From Raja brachyura (Eukaryota), in contig OY740788.1 of the NCBI GenBank assembly GCA_963514005.1, forward strand, positions 45,880,001 through 45,944,000: a stretch of 64,000 nucleotides of DNA, in the 5' to 3' direction. Shown piece by piece: positions 40,253 to 52,122 of the stretch. Below the pieces are notes generated by a model. It was not told where the DNA came from. It searched no databases and saw only the letters and a program-made list of their open reading frames with translations. Both the position numbers and the translations under genes were made by a program. Position 1 is the first letter of the stretch, and each line of letters starts with the position of its first letter.

Positions 40253-41839
40253 GTAGGTTGTCAATTGTTTCAACACGTTAATAGTCTTTTTATGTTTAAG
40301 ATATAGATACAAAAAAATTGTAATAACCCCTCAAGCACAACCCACTCCTATCTAATTTGGAGGAAGGCACTACTTTCTGGCAGCAGACTTACTATTTTGG
40401 TTCTGAACTAAAAACAGTAGTTGAGAAGCTCCTTTGGGTTTAACTCAAGATAACATCTGTTCATCTGCAATCTTCTCACAGGTAAGTAAGGTGAGTGCAG
40501 AATTAATACTTGGTTTCTGGTTATATTAGAACATTTGTTTGATGCATAAAAAAAACATGCATGAAAAGATATTTGATATAAAAAAAAAATCTAGCCTTGG
40601 TTCAATTTGTTTTCTTTTAATTACTCTAATTCACCAGTAGAAGATCCATCATCTCATCAGTTATAATAACCATATAACATATAACCATATAACAATTACA
40701 GCACAGAAACAGGCCTTCTCGGCCCTTCCAGTCCGTGCCGACCATTTATTTTCCTTCAGGTCATTCTAGAATTTTTTTAAGCTTTTAATCAGCAAGTCCC
40801 CAACTTTTCAAATCTATTTTTATAACAGTAGTTTGTCATCCTTCATCTTACCCCAGTTATTTTATCATTATCTTACAGTTGATTTTATATACTTCCTCTT
40901 ATTAACGAATAAAGGCTAAAAAAAAATCAACTTGCATTAGCTTTGGCCGAGCTTTGGCAATACTTTATCCCGAGATATAGATTCATGCAATAAGTGTATA
41001 GAGTACATATCAAACCGCCAATTGTTTCTAATAGAGACGTGTGTACATTCAACTGGCATTTATTGTGAATTTAGCCAAACATTTGGATACTGTGTAGTGA
41101 TGTGAAGACTTTACTGTGTAAATATTTTGTCCACCTAATCTTCATGGTTTCCTGTGATAGTAACAGAAAAATAGAGAATAGGTATTTGGCTTTAATGCTT
41201 GCAATAGGTTGTACTTCTATGTGTACTTCTAAGAAACGTTTTTAAATGTTTTATTGCATTTGCGGCATACTATAATTTCAAATGTGGACTTAGTCAAATA
41301 AACTATTTCAATGATTGTGTGTAGATTATTTTATAAAAATTAACATGACAGTTTTCTAATCTTCACTGCCAATCATGCCATGTGTTTGAAACTGAAGACA
41401 TGAATCTTCCACCACCCTAGAACGTTCATTAGATGAATTGAAAACAATTAGTTTGCTTCAATATCCACCAGATGAATACATTCTGATAATTAACATAGTT
41501 TCATTTAGACCAATTTAAGAATATTGTGAAAATAATTATTATCAAACACTCCTGATCATCCATTCATCAATGTAGCAGCTGAATATGTAGTAATATATAT
41601 TTTAAAAATAGTTCTAGGAACTAACACCTGTTAATATGAAACATGATCTGACATGTGCAATTGCTCCATCTTAAGAAAATAAGATTAGGAACAAGTTTAA
41701 CTTAGCACAGTTAAATTTTATTGGCAGAGTTGGCCAAAGCAAAAAAGTCAAAGTTATTTTGGGTTGGTTCCCTCAACCAGATGATCCCTCACGGAATAAA
41801 TGCAGTTAAATGGGAAATCAGGGCACTTGTTGCTGCTAA

Positions 41840-41960
41840 AAAAATAGACACAAAATGTTGGAGTAACACAGTGGGCCAGGCAGCATCTCTGGAAAAAATG
41901 GATAGGTGACGTCTCTCAGGTCGAGATCTTTCTTCAAAACTGCATCTGTAGTTCCGTTTC
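41840..41960. mobile_element. Penelope terminal fragment
   Basis: gacacaaaatgttggagtaacacagtgggccaggcagcatctctgga. Confidence 0.7.
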
Positions 41961-42877
41961 ATTACACTTGTTGCTGCAGTTGGATTCAAGTGATGGTTGA
42001 CAAAATGAGTGTCCAAACGTTGGGGTACATTTGCCCTTTTTAATATTTTAATCATCAATTGAGTGTTTGGAGCCTGTGCTTGTGCCAAATCCCTGTTGAA
42101 ATTGGGCCAGGTACTTTCTGTTATAATTCGCCATGATGAAGGTTTCTGTAGATTATGTGCACAATGACATTGGTTTTATTTAACTAACAATAGAAACTAC
42201 GATTAAAAAGTCATGGTTAATGGCCCTTGTTAGTAGATGTACACAATGCAGACCACAATGAACAATGTGTGAATTTAAATGATCAACCACCTCCAGCACT
42301 TTAAAAAAATCATGTATAATTTTAATCAAAAATCAGTGCTAGTTGCCTTGTGCTGAAATGGAAGATTCTGTGAACTACTATCAGTAACCCCCCTCTTATC
42401 CGCTATTTCCTCCCCTCCATTCATCCTCATTTCCTCACTTGCCACAGAGAGATCTGTTTAAAAGTACCAACCCACTTCCTTTGTATCAATGAATGACATG
42501 GCAGCTGCAAGTCCATCGACTAGCTAGATATCTGTGGAACTCCAGATTAGCTTTTAATATTATTGGCGGGGAGCATGTCACAACAATGATCTCTTAAATC
42601 AAAAACTGCGATTTCCAATTTCATATGGGTGCAATATGTAACACTTTGCAGCACTGAGATGCATTAGGTTCAATTTCTAGGCAGTGGACTGTGATCATGC
42701 ATCTGATTGTACACACCAAGTTGAAGTACATTCGCACTTAAGTGATGCTTTAGATTATGGTCCCATTACTAAAAACAAATTTTGAATAAAATTGACTTTG
42801 ACTTTGGGAACAAGTCTGCCAAACATGGTTGCTCAGACTATTTTGGAATTAGCTGGTTTCTTTTGAAGATAAAGGCT

Positions 42878-43008
42878 TATTCTTCTTCTTCTTTCGTGTG
42901 GCGTGCACAGCCTAAAGTTGTTAGACAACTTGTTCTATTTGATCTTCCGTTTGTGCACGTCGAGTTGATTGCAGTCAAAACAGGTGAAGGTTGCAATCTT
43001 CCCCCCGC
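42878..43008 (-). mobile_element. Short retroposon with (AAG)n tail and 12-bp TSD
   Basis: AAGATAAAGGCT at 42866-42877 and 43009-43020; ttcttcttctt tail at the left end. Confidence 0.8.
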
Positions 43009-43034
43009 AAGATAAAGGCTGAAAATAGAGAACC

Positions 43035-43700
43035 TATTGACCCCATCTATTCAATCAGACTGTTCCAGTTTGTAACCACTGGGTGGGGGGAATAAAACTC
43101 TTCCTCGGATCCACTTTAAACCTGTGTCCACTGGTGTCAGACATTTCTGCCATAGGGAAAATATCCTTGCTATTCACCCCGTCGATATCCCTCAGAATTC
43201 TGTAGACCTCTGTCAGATACTCCTTCAGCCTGCTCTGCTCCAAGCAGAACAGATCCAGCTAACTGTTAAAGAAGGAACTGCAGATGCTGGAGAATCGAGG
43301 GTACACAAAAGGCTGGAGAAACTCAGCGGGTGCAGCAGCATCTAAGGAGCGAAGGAGATAGGCGACGTTTCGGGTCGAAACCCTTCTTCAGATCCAGCTA
43401 ACTAATCGTTCATCAGTAGAGTTGCATCTTTCCTCTAATGTGGTGACCAGAACTGCACACAAAATTAACCAATTCTGTGCCCCAGCTAATCCAAGCACGC
43501 ATCACATATGTCTTCACCACTTTATCTAGCTGTTCTGATCTTTACCCCTTTGCATAGGCTCCCTTTGAACTTAAATACTCCTGAGTGCTCCCATTCATGG
43601 TGTATGTTCCACCTTTCTAGACCTTCCAAAATGAATCACGTCACATTTATCAGGTTTAAAGTCTATCTGCCGTTGTCCTGCCTACGTCCCATTGTGATCA
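43035..43700 (-). mobile_element. CR1-type LINE fragment interrupted by a Penelope-terminus insert
   Basis: ORF 43055..43243 LTEVYRILRDIDGV...TSGHRFKV. Confidence 0.7.
43265..43391 (-). mobile_element. Penelope-terminus insert with intact hammerhead core and 15-bp direct repeat
   Basis: CAGATCCAGCTAACT at 43250-43264 and 43389-43403; minus strand CTGAAGA-AGGGTTTCGACCC-GAAAC-GTC. Confidence 0.85.
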
Positions 43701-43714
43701 TTGTCGTTCTGTTG

Positions 43715-44072
43715 CCCGAAGTGTATAAAATGTTTGTAGTGTATAAAGTGATAAGAGGATTAGATCTGGAAGATGCACAGTGTCCCTTGCCCAGTGGGTG
43801 AATCGAGGTCCAGAAGGCATAGGTTTAAGGTGAAAGGGAAAAGTTTTAATAGGAATCTGAATGGTAACTTTTTCACACAAAGGGCAGTGTGGGTATGGAA
43901 CAAGTTGCCAGAAGTTGCTGAGGCAGGGACTATCCCAATGTTTAAGAAACAGTTAGACGGGTTTGGAGGGATATGGACCAACCACTGGGAATAGTGTAGC
44001 TGGGACATATTGGCCGGTGTTGGCAAGCTGGGCTGAAGGGCCTGTTTCCATGCTGTTTCGCTCTATGACTAT
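43715..44072 (+). mobile_element. CR1 LINE 3' end
   Basis: ORF 43773..43994 SRRHRFKVKG...FFTQRAVWVWNKLP; ctctatgactat tail. Confidence 0.8.
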
Positions 44073-44116
44073 AAGACTACCCTCCTCACTAACATCAACA
44101 CATTACATAATATCTA

Positions 44117-44172
44117 GGGTAGACAAAAATGCTGGAGAAACTCAGCGGGTGAGGCAGTATTTATGTGAGGCA
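44117..44172. mobile_element. 56-bp Penelope-terminus insert with 12-bp TSD
   Basis: ACATAATATCTA at 44105-44116 and 44173-44184. Confidence 0.8.
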
Positions 44173-44417
44173 ACATAATATCTATGTATTTTGGGATAGA
44201 AAGTGGGATCTAAACTTGTCTTGGAATCGTAACTCCTGTAAGTGATGCCACAGCACCATCGCTAGGGTAATGTATAAAGAGATTTTGACAAGTTTTTGTT
44301 AAAGTTTATTTTAAAACTCTGGATGTTTTCATGTGCGATCCGGACAGGAAGTATGCATAGGCAATATTTGCATAAAGGCACAAAGCAAAACAACACTAGG
44401 CATTTCTAGCGAGGCAA

Positions 44418-44632
44418 CTCTCCCCGTAACCACATGGGTCTCCTCCTGTTGCTCCAGTTTCCTGTCACATCCCAAAGATGCGGGTTTGTAGGTTAATTGG
44501 CCTCTAAATTGCCATAAGTGTGTAGGGAGTGTAAAGTAGGATAACATAGAACTAGTGAGAACGGCTGATCGATGTTTGTTGTGGTCTGGGTGGGCCGAAG
44601 GGCCTGTTTCCATGCTGTATCCCTAAACTAGA
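44418..44632 (+). mobile_element. V-SINE 3' part
   Basis: V-domain plus gggccgaagggcctgtttccatgctgtatccctaaacta tail. Confidence 0.75.
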
Positions 44633-45454
44633 CCACCAAATTTCATCTGTGATAGAATTGCAATCCTACAACAGGATAGTACTATAGCTCACTTGCTAAT
44701 TTGAAATCAAAATGTAATTTGTTTTGTTTTTATGAAATCTGGGAACAGAGTGTAATGCATTCCCATAACTGATCATAAAATGTTTGAATGGGTAACAGAA
44801 ATATGATTTAGAATATATTCTGTTTGTATTGATGGGATGAGTTATGTGATATGCCTACATTATTACTTGGATGTGCATAGTCAGATCAGTTTCCACATGC
44901 ACAATTTTGTGTTCAGCCTTTCTTTGGAAATGCTTCATATTTAGTATTGTCCCAACATATGTGTTAGGACTGCAACTATCAATTGTGTATACAGGTTGTG
45001 TATTTTCATTGATGAACCAAAAATATGCGGATATAATGATAGCTTCTGGAGCAGTATTTAGCTCTTTCTTTCTTTGGGATTGAGTTGGTGAGGAGTCATG
45101 AGCTTGTTGGTGTATTTTCATCTGCATTATATTGCATTACTCAGTTTTATTTCCTTAAAATCTAGTCATACTGCATGTACAGTATCTCCCTTGTTCTACA
45201 ACAAATGACAAATCTCTGCAAATGAAACCAGTCACTGATTTATTCTTAGCTTATTCAGCCAATATTTCCTGCCAATATGATATTGCATAAGGTACAAGAT
45301 AATTACAGTACTTTAATTAAGGAAAAATGCGAACAAATCACTTTACTTGCACTCTCTCCTGCACCCACATTACTGTTTATTTCAGCTCCTTGTTTTGCAC
45401 TTTAACCTTGCTGCTGTGGCCATTTCTTGAATATGATCTGCATTAATCACAATT

Positions 45455-45772
45455 CAAGGACTCCTGGGCCTCCTCCATTGCCAGCGTGAGGCCCTGCGCA
45501 AATTGGAGGAACAGCACCTCATTGGATAGTTGACACCCCAGTGGTATGAACATTGACTTCTCCAATTTCAGATAATCCTTGCTTACTCCCTCTTTCCCCT
45601 CCCCTACCCAGCTCTCCCACAAGCCTACTGTCTCTGCCTCTTCCTTTCTTTTCCCACCCCCCACCCGACGACAGTCTGAAGAAGGGTCTCGACTCGAAAC
45701 ATCGCCTATTCCTTCTCTCCATAGATGCTGCCCCACCCGCTGAGTTTCTCCAGCATTTTCGTCTATCTTCAA
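45455..45772 (+). mobile_element. Penelope 3' end (endonuclease C-terminus plus terminal repeat); hammerhead core on the MARK1 sense strand
   Basis: Reverse complement of 17372-17670; CTGAAGA-AGGGTCTCGACTC-GAAAC at 45676-45700. Confidence 0.85.
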
Positions 45773-46142
45773 GGAATAAAACATGGTTGTCATCCTTCGA
45801 TTTTATTGTTTACCTTCGATTTTTCCAGCATATGATGTTCTTTCTTAAACATGTTTTATTCCTCAGTATCTTTGTCACTGCAAGTTGTGTAAAAAATTGA
45901 ATTTTGCGTGTTATGAAGATTATTTCTTCTTTTGACATAATTTTGAAATTACAAAATGGGAAAAGCGCAAGCAAAAGTATTGCTTTAATTTTATGAAATC
46001 TTTCACATGTACAGGAAAAGTAGAAAACCTTCATTTAATGATAAATGGAAAAAGTTAAAATCTGGACTTGCAGCACTCCCTAAGAGTGCTCACTTCAAGG
46101 GATATAACCTGAATGACCCACTGCAAATTAGTGGAAAGAGTA

Positions 46143-47009
46143 AAGTACACCCTCTTTTTAACGGACCCCCTTTATAACGGACGGACCTGCTGGCACCATT
46201 CCGGCTTCCGATGCCACCCCATCTCGCAAGGTGCACCAGCAAGCCCTTCTTCACCGCATAGTCTCGTTGATGTGGCTGATGTTGCGGCTCACGTTATGGC
46301 CCCTGGGGAGAGCACTTTCTTCAGACCACCACCACCGACAGGGCGTTCTTGGTCACTGTGAGGCTTCCTCCCCTTTCACCGGCTGCTGCTTCTTCCTATC
46401 ATTGTCGCTTTGTCTACATGCGCTATGTGCCCCCTCCCTCCACTACTGCCTCCTTCTCCACCTCCTGTCACTTTGTCCACTCAGCCTCTCCCTTCCTCCA
46501 CCATCGCGTTCTCCTCCCCCCCGGGGTTGCCAACATACTCCACCTTGGAAGATATCGGGTGACTGCAGGGGAGGTGGTGGCGGGGCAGCAGACAAGGCAA
46601 CGGGTAGAGAGGAGCAAGTCCCACGGTGACCGAGCACATCCTGTTGGTAACAGCAGCCTGAAGATAGCATCCTGTCTAGAGGGGGGGGAATGCAATGTGA
46701 GCAGCAACAACAGCCAAATCAACTGGTGAAGGGCTCATTGGTGCATACCTGCAGCATCAGTGCCTAGTTTTATGGTGAAACCACATTGTGAGGAGCAACT
46801 CTGCAGACTGAATCATTGTTCTCCAGAATTCCTGCCTGACCCACTGAGTCACTCCAGTACTTTGTGTCATTTTGTGTCTGAACCATCATGTACAGTTCTT
46901 TGTTTCAACTATATACAATGATAAAACCTTACTCGGTTAGTGTGGACAGTCATCAACAATAATGGACACCATCCCCCCCCCAAGGGTCCATTATAACAAG
47001 AGTTTGCTG
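46143..47009. mobile_element. Tigger/pogo-like non-autonomous DNA transposon with nested Penelope terminus (about 46795-46912)
   Basis: TA|aagtacaccctctttttaacggaccc ... gggtccattataacaagagtttgctg|TA imperfect TIRs. Confidence 0.6.
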
Positions 47010-47605
47010 TACTGCCAAATAATCCATGGAATCATATATTTGTGGGAAATGGGGATTAAGGAGAGCAAAGTTGTACCATTTAGTATCAGCAATGAGGGTT
47101 ATGTTCTTAGAGAAAAATCAGCTCCATTTTGACAGTAAATTGCATTAAATTAATTGAAGTTATAAGATGTCTCAGCAGAAATATTGGTTTGTTAAGGTGA
47201 TAATGGATTATGCTAATCAGGGTACTATGATATATTTTAGTTTGCCGCATTGCTATTAAGCCATAAACAAATAAAGTTCAGCTATCTGGTCAAATTACTA
47301 TATTAATGCTAAGTAGAAATATTGAGGATGCAGTTTTGACTACAGACTAATTTATTTCTTCCTCTTGCTTTGAACCTAGTTACACAACAAAGATTCCATA
47401 ACATGAATCTTAAATAAAGAATTATCGGTTTCCATGTTCAGAACTATTGCATTTTGATTGTTCATTGGTTGTGTTTTTTAAGGTTGCATTTCTGTCCTCT
47501 TGTCATGTGTTTGGGATCTAGATTCACAACACCATTCTTCAGACTGATAATTTGTTATCTTGTTTCCTCTGCTTGCATTGAACCTTAATTCTGATTGCTT
47601 TTGAG

Positions 47606-47650
47606 GGGCCCAAGTGAAGGTGAAGGCAGTGGCAGAGCAGACACTGCAAG
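47606..47650 (+). CDS. MARK1: MARK1 45-nt symmetric exon (GPSEGEGSGRADTAR)
   Basis: ttttgag| acceptor, aag|gtgagg donor; resembles mammalian MARK1 DPSEGEASGRTDTSR (from memory); phase 2-2. Confidence 0.85.
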
Positions 47651-48104
47651 GTGAGGAGAAGTGCTATTATTCTCATGTGTAATGATTACTTTGTTTGTTG
47701 AAATTATATTGGTGAAGGTCACGATTTTTAACTTTAGTGTTTAGCATCCATTTTCATGTTGGAAGGGAGGGGATGCACTCCACTGATATGGAGTGAAAAA
47801 GGAAACCAACCTCATCAAAAGATTTAGAGTAAACATTTTCCCTACGATAACACAATTACACATTTTAAACTATAATGTTCATCTTTAAACATATGTGTGA
47901 TAGACTCTTCTGATAGTTCTTTCTCGCCAAAACTGGTGGTGAAATGTTTAATGGAAACTGACATATCGAACAAAATGACACATAACTTTGAATAAATTAG
48001 TGGGACAATTGTTATTAAGCTGCAATATACAAATGGTATTCTAACGAGCTGAAGATATATATTTTAAAGTGTGTACAAATAGGCAGTTTTGTGAGCCACT
48101 TTGA

Positions 48105-48830
48105 ATCAGAATCAGATTTGATTCGACAAGTATGTTTTGCAACATACGAGGAATTTCACTGGCCAGATCAGTCATACAATTAAAAGCAACAGACTCAAAA
48201 ACACATTTTAACATGAACATCCACCATAGTGACTGCTACACATTCCTCACTGTGATGGAAGGTGAAATAAAGTACAAGTCCTTCCTTTTGTTCTTCCTCA
48301 ATCAGGGGCCTCGAGCCCTCGTTGACGGGACGGTCTTGACTCCCTTAGACGGCGGCGTTCGTGTCCTCCGCGTCGAGGCGTTCAGCTCCTGCAATGGGGG
48401 GGTTGTCAGCTCCCCCGCGCCGGTCGAACCTTCTGTGGCGTTGGAGCTCCTGACTAGCCACTCCCGAGACTGCAAGCCTTGATGGTAAGTCCGCAGGCTG
48501 CGGTGGGAGCGATCCCAGGCAAGGGATCCGCTCCGATGTTAAGTCTGCGCCCCACGGTGGGGCTCACGACAGTCCGAGGAGGCCTCCAGCTCTTGTGATG
48601 GTAGGCCGCAGAGCCCGGAGAATGTGATCCGAAAATTGATCACATCTCCGGGAACGTAGGAACTTGAAAAACAGTTTCCCCCGATCCCCTCCCCTCTCCC
48701 CCCTCCCCCCACATAAAACAGACCGATGTACATTAAAACAAATGTTTAACAAACGCTAAAAATAACAAAAAGATAAAAAAACAAATAAACTGCCGGCAGG
48801 GCTGCCATCCCCCCGGCGCCCCTGGTGGTC
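48105..48830 (-). mobile_element. GC-rich non-autonomous retroelement (family of 10505-11320)
   Basis: (gaatca)n tail at left; right end is the reverse complement of the ggcagc...gcagtctgtttgt head at 10520-10560. Confidence 0.6.
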
Positions 48831-51767
48831 TATATCTTTGTTACCAATAGCCACTTCTATTTAATTAATAGAGTTTTAAGATGGGGCCGGGTGGATGGAT
48901 ACTAAAAAGGTATGCATCAGCGTGCATGTTAAAGTCGGAAAGCAAGGTAGGAAGTTTCCGAGAAAGGACTTTTGGCAGTTAAGGAGCACAGATTTTAGAG
49001 AGTTATAGGGTTGGAACAATTTACAGAGAAGGAATTTAAATAATATTTAGATTTTTTTTAATCAACACATGCTTAATCAAGACCTTATCAAGAATAGGTA
49101 AAGTGGGTGGATGACATTTGATGTGTTAATATTCAAAGAAGAAATTTCAATGACTTCAAACTTAGCAAAGCTTTGGGAGGTCAGCCACTAATAGTTAAGA
49201 CAAGGTGTTCAGCAACAAAAGAATAGAGACAGAGGCAGAGTTGGATTCTTTTAAAGATATAGCATTCAGTGGACTTGGTATTCGTATGGATTTGTGATCA
49301 AAGTTGGAGCAATAGAATTGATTTGTGGCAGTGAATGTTAAACAATCAGTCTTCTTGGAGATGTTGCAATGATCAAGAGAGAGGGTGACGAGGTGTTGGA
49401 TTGTGTCTGGCATATTGTAATGTAAATTGTCTCATATTCTGAAGGAGTCCTGAGCATTGATTCGGTTTTCAGTGAAGAATACCCTTGTGAGTTGTGCAGC
49501 TGCCCAACTTCATACAGCTGAGAGATTCTGAATGATGTTGCAAAGTAGGATGTAAATTATTGCTGGTAGGGGGTGGAGTGGCAGCCGTGGATACATCATT
49601 AGGAAGCCAAAAGGTAAGAGAGTGGGGGAATGAGTAAAGGCTTGTTTCATCTAATCTGTATGAAGAGAGGCAGCTGCACAACACACAAGGGTATTCTTGA
49701 CTGAAATCTGAATCAATGCTTCTTCAGAATATGAGACAATTTACAGGAATTACCATGTATTGTTTTATATTGCTGACTCTGGTTTCATCGTCAATTCAAT
49801 AGGTCATGGGTTGAATTTTAGCCATGCGATAGGCAGTATTTCATCAATATATAATATTAGGTGGCATACAGTAGAATATATTTCATTTAAAATCTCTTAT
49901 TACAGGCACATCATTGTAATGAGATCTTCTTTGGCCCGAAGAAAGATTGTATTATTGCCAGTGTAGAAGTTCAAAATTCACTGAGATTCAATGATAATAA
50001 CTATCATAGAATCATGCAATACTTACTTTTGATTACAGTTCAAATTAAAGATTCTTCCATCCTGGTTGGAAGATTTTGATTAATGATTCACTTGTTGCTG
50101 ACATTTAAAATGATTACCTTCCAAAACATGTTGAAGTAGAACAGGAATATTTGATATGTACATACAATATAAAATTCTCCATCTGCACTCGGTGACAGGA
50201 GATGGAATTATTAATATTGACAACATAATTTAGTTTAGTCCATTGATATTCAAAATTTGTTCGAAAAACAGTGGTAGTTATAATCCCTAGTTTTAGGATA
50301 TTTGCATTATCAACAATTTAATGTTAGGTGGAAATACGCAATTTCCCATTTGCCACATATTGACAAAACTTTGGTTCTATCCCAATGGTTTTAAGCAAAG
50401 GAGTACACTTGCCTGTTCATCTGAAGAGTTAAGTTTAGATCATTAATGAAAATTAATCTTGCACACAATTCAAGTCATAAAGGTCTAGTTACTTACATGT
50501 GTAGCTCTTACATATCAGCAGATCTGGAAAGTCCGTAAAGAGCACAATAAAACAGGTTTAAATAAAAAAAACACACAAAAAATTAACCAATATCGTGTCG
50601 GAATTACCATGAACAATACTGTGACTTGGGATCAATTTTTCAAAGCAAAACTATTTTGACACTGCAAAATGAATATGGAATTTGGAATGTAATACAAGAA
50701 TAATTTGGAACATGACAGTAATAGTAACATATTTTGCAGGCCGGTGGTGACCCATGGTTCATAAAGATATGCATGAATTGACACCTGATGCATGTTGTAA
50801 AGCAACTGATAAAGATTGATTGATAAGAATAATCAGTAACTTCATTGATGTTGTACTGTGCCATTATGCATGACACCAAGTGGAATTTGTTCTTTTTCAA
50901 TCCAGCAATTCATATTTGAAGGCAAATCACTATGAAAGCCTATCTAATATTCCTGGTTGTGAGAATGTGGCTTCATTAATATTTATATATATTTCCCAAA
51001 AGCTTTAATTATTTTAAGTAGGATGAAGAAAATTATTAGAAAACAAAGGGGTTTATTTTGGATCTGTCACTTTTATTAAATGTTACAAAGATAGAAGCAT
51101 TTAAAATCATTCTTATCATAACCTAATGACAGCACTGAAGTTAGTATTTTAAATGTTAATTTATGAGATGATTGCTAATGGTGCACACACAAAGCTTTCA
51201 TGGAACTAATTGTTTCTATAAATTGGTTTCCAGTGAAGTGCTAAATTAATCTGCATCATGCTCTTAACCATACAATGGAAGTCCATTTCAAGGCAAATCT
51301 AGTTTGGTCTTAATACACCTTCCTTGGAGCAAAGGCACACAGTGACACTGTATGTCAAAACAAGTAATGATTTAAACATCATTCGGAAGTATCTGAGCTC
51401 ATATATTAATTGTGCAATATTCTATAAATACAGCACTATTTAGCATCTACATATCAACTATAACATTTTAATTCTACAAATGTAAAAATACTGAAGCTGG
51501 CTGACAAAAAATGTTTGATGTGTTTTAATAGAGTTTGCTTTAAATTACCACTTTCTGTTTTAGCTAAAGATTGCAGGTTGATTTATCCTGCAAAACAGTT
51601 ATTGCAAATCTATTTTATTAATGAGTCAGAGTAGCTTTTAAGAGTTGCAATGTATTTTGAGTAACTTAAATGTATTTTGAAATGGGATAAAACCATATTT
51701 GTAAAATCAGGCAAAGAACCCAAATCTATGTTGTACCTAAACATGAAAAATATGGCTCTACTTTCAG

Positions 51768-52122
51768 GAGTATGTCAGGAGAATCAAAAGACAAAGAAAG
51801 GGATGACATTAAAGATGCAAAACCAAGGTCTTTGAGGTTCACGTGGAGCATGAAGACCACTAGTTCAATGGATCCCAATGATATGATGCGGGAGATCCGA
51901 AAGGTGCTGGATGCTAATAACTGTGACTATGAGCAACGAGAAAGGTTCCTTTTGTTCTGTGTTCACGGCGATGCGCGACAGGACAACTTAGTTCAATGGG
52001 AAATGGAAGTCTGCAAGTTGCCACGTTTGTCTCTAAATGGTGTTCGTTTTAAGCGAATATCAGGAACATCTATAGCATTCAAGAACATTGCATCCAAAAT
52101 TGCGAATGAGCTGAAGTTGTGA
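51768..52122 (+). CDS. MARK1: MARK1 last coding exon, KA1 domain, ending ...[13 protein letters not shown]
   Basis: ctttcag| acceptor; ORF 51772..52122 with [16 protein letters not shown] and the ELKL C-terminus. Confidence 0.98.

Noticed and set aside
46113-46729. Several overlapping ORFs on both strands
   Set aside because: Explained by the GC-rich interior of a Tigger-like non-autonomous element.
40253-47605. Additional 27-nt microexon like that of MARK2/3 (NMSFRF-like)
   Set aside because: No matching sequence with splice sites found by eye.
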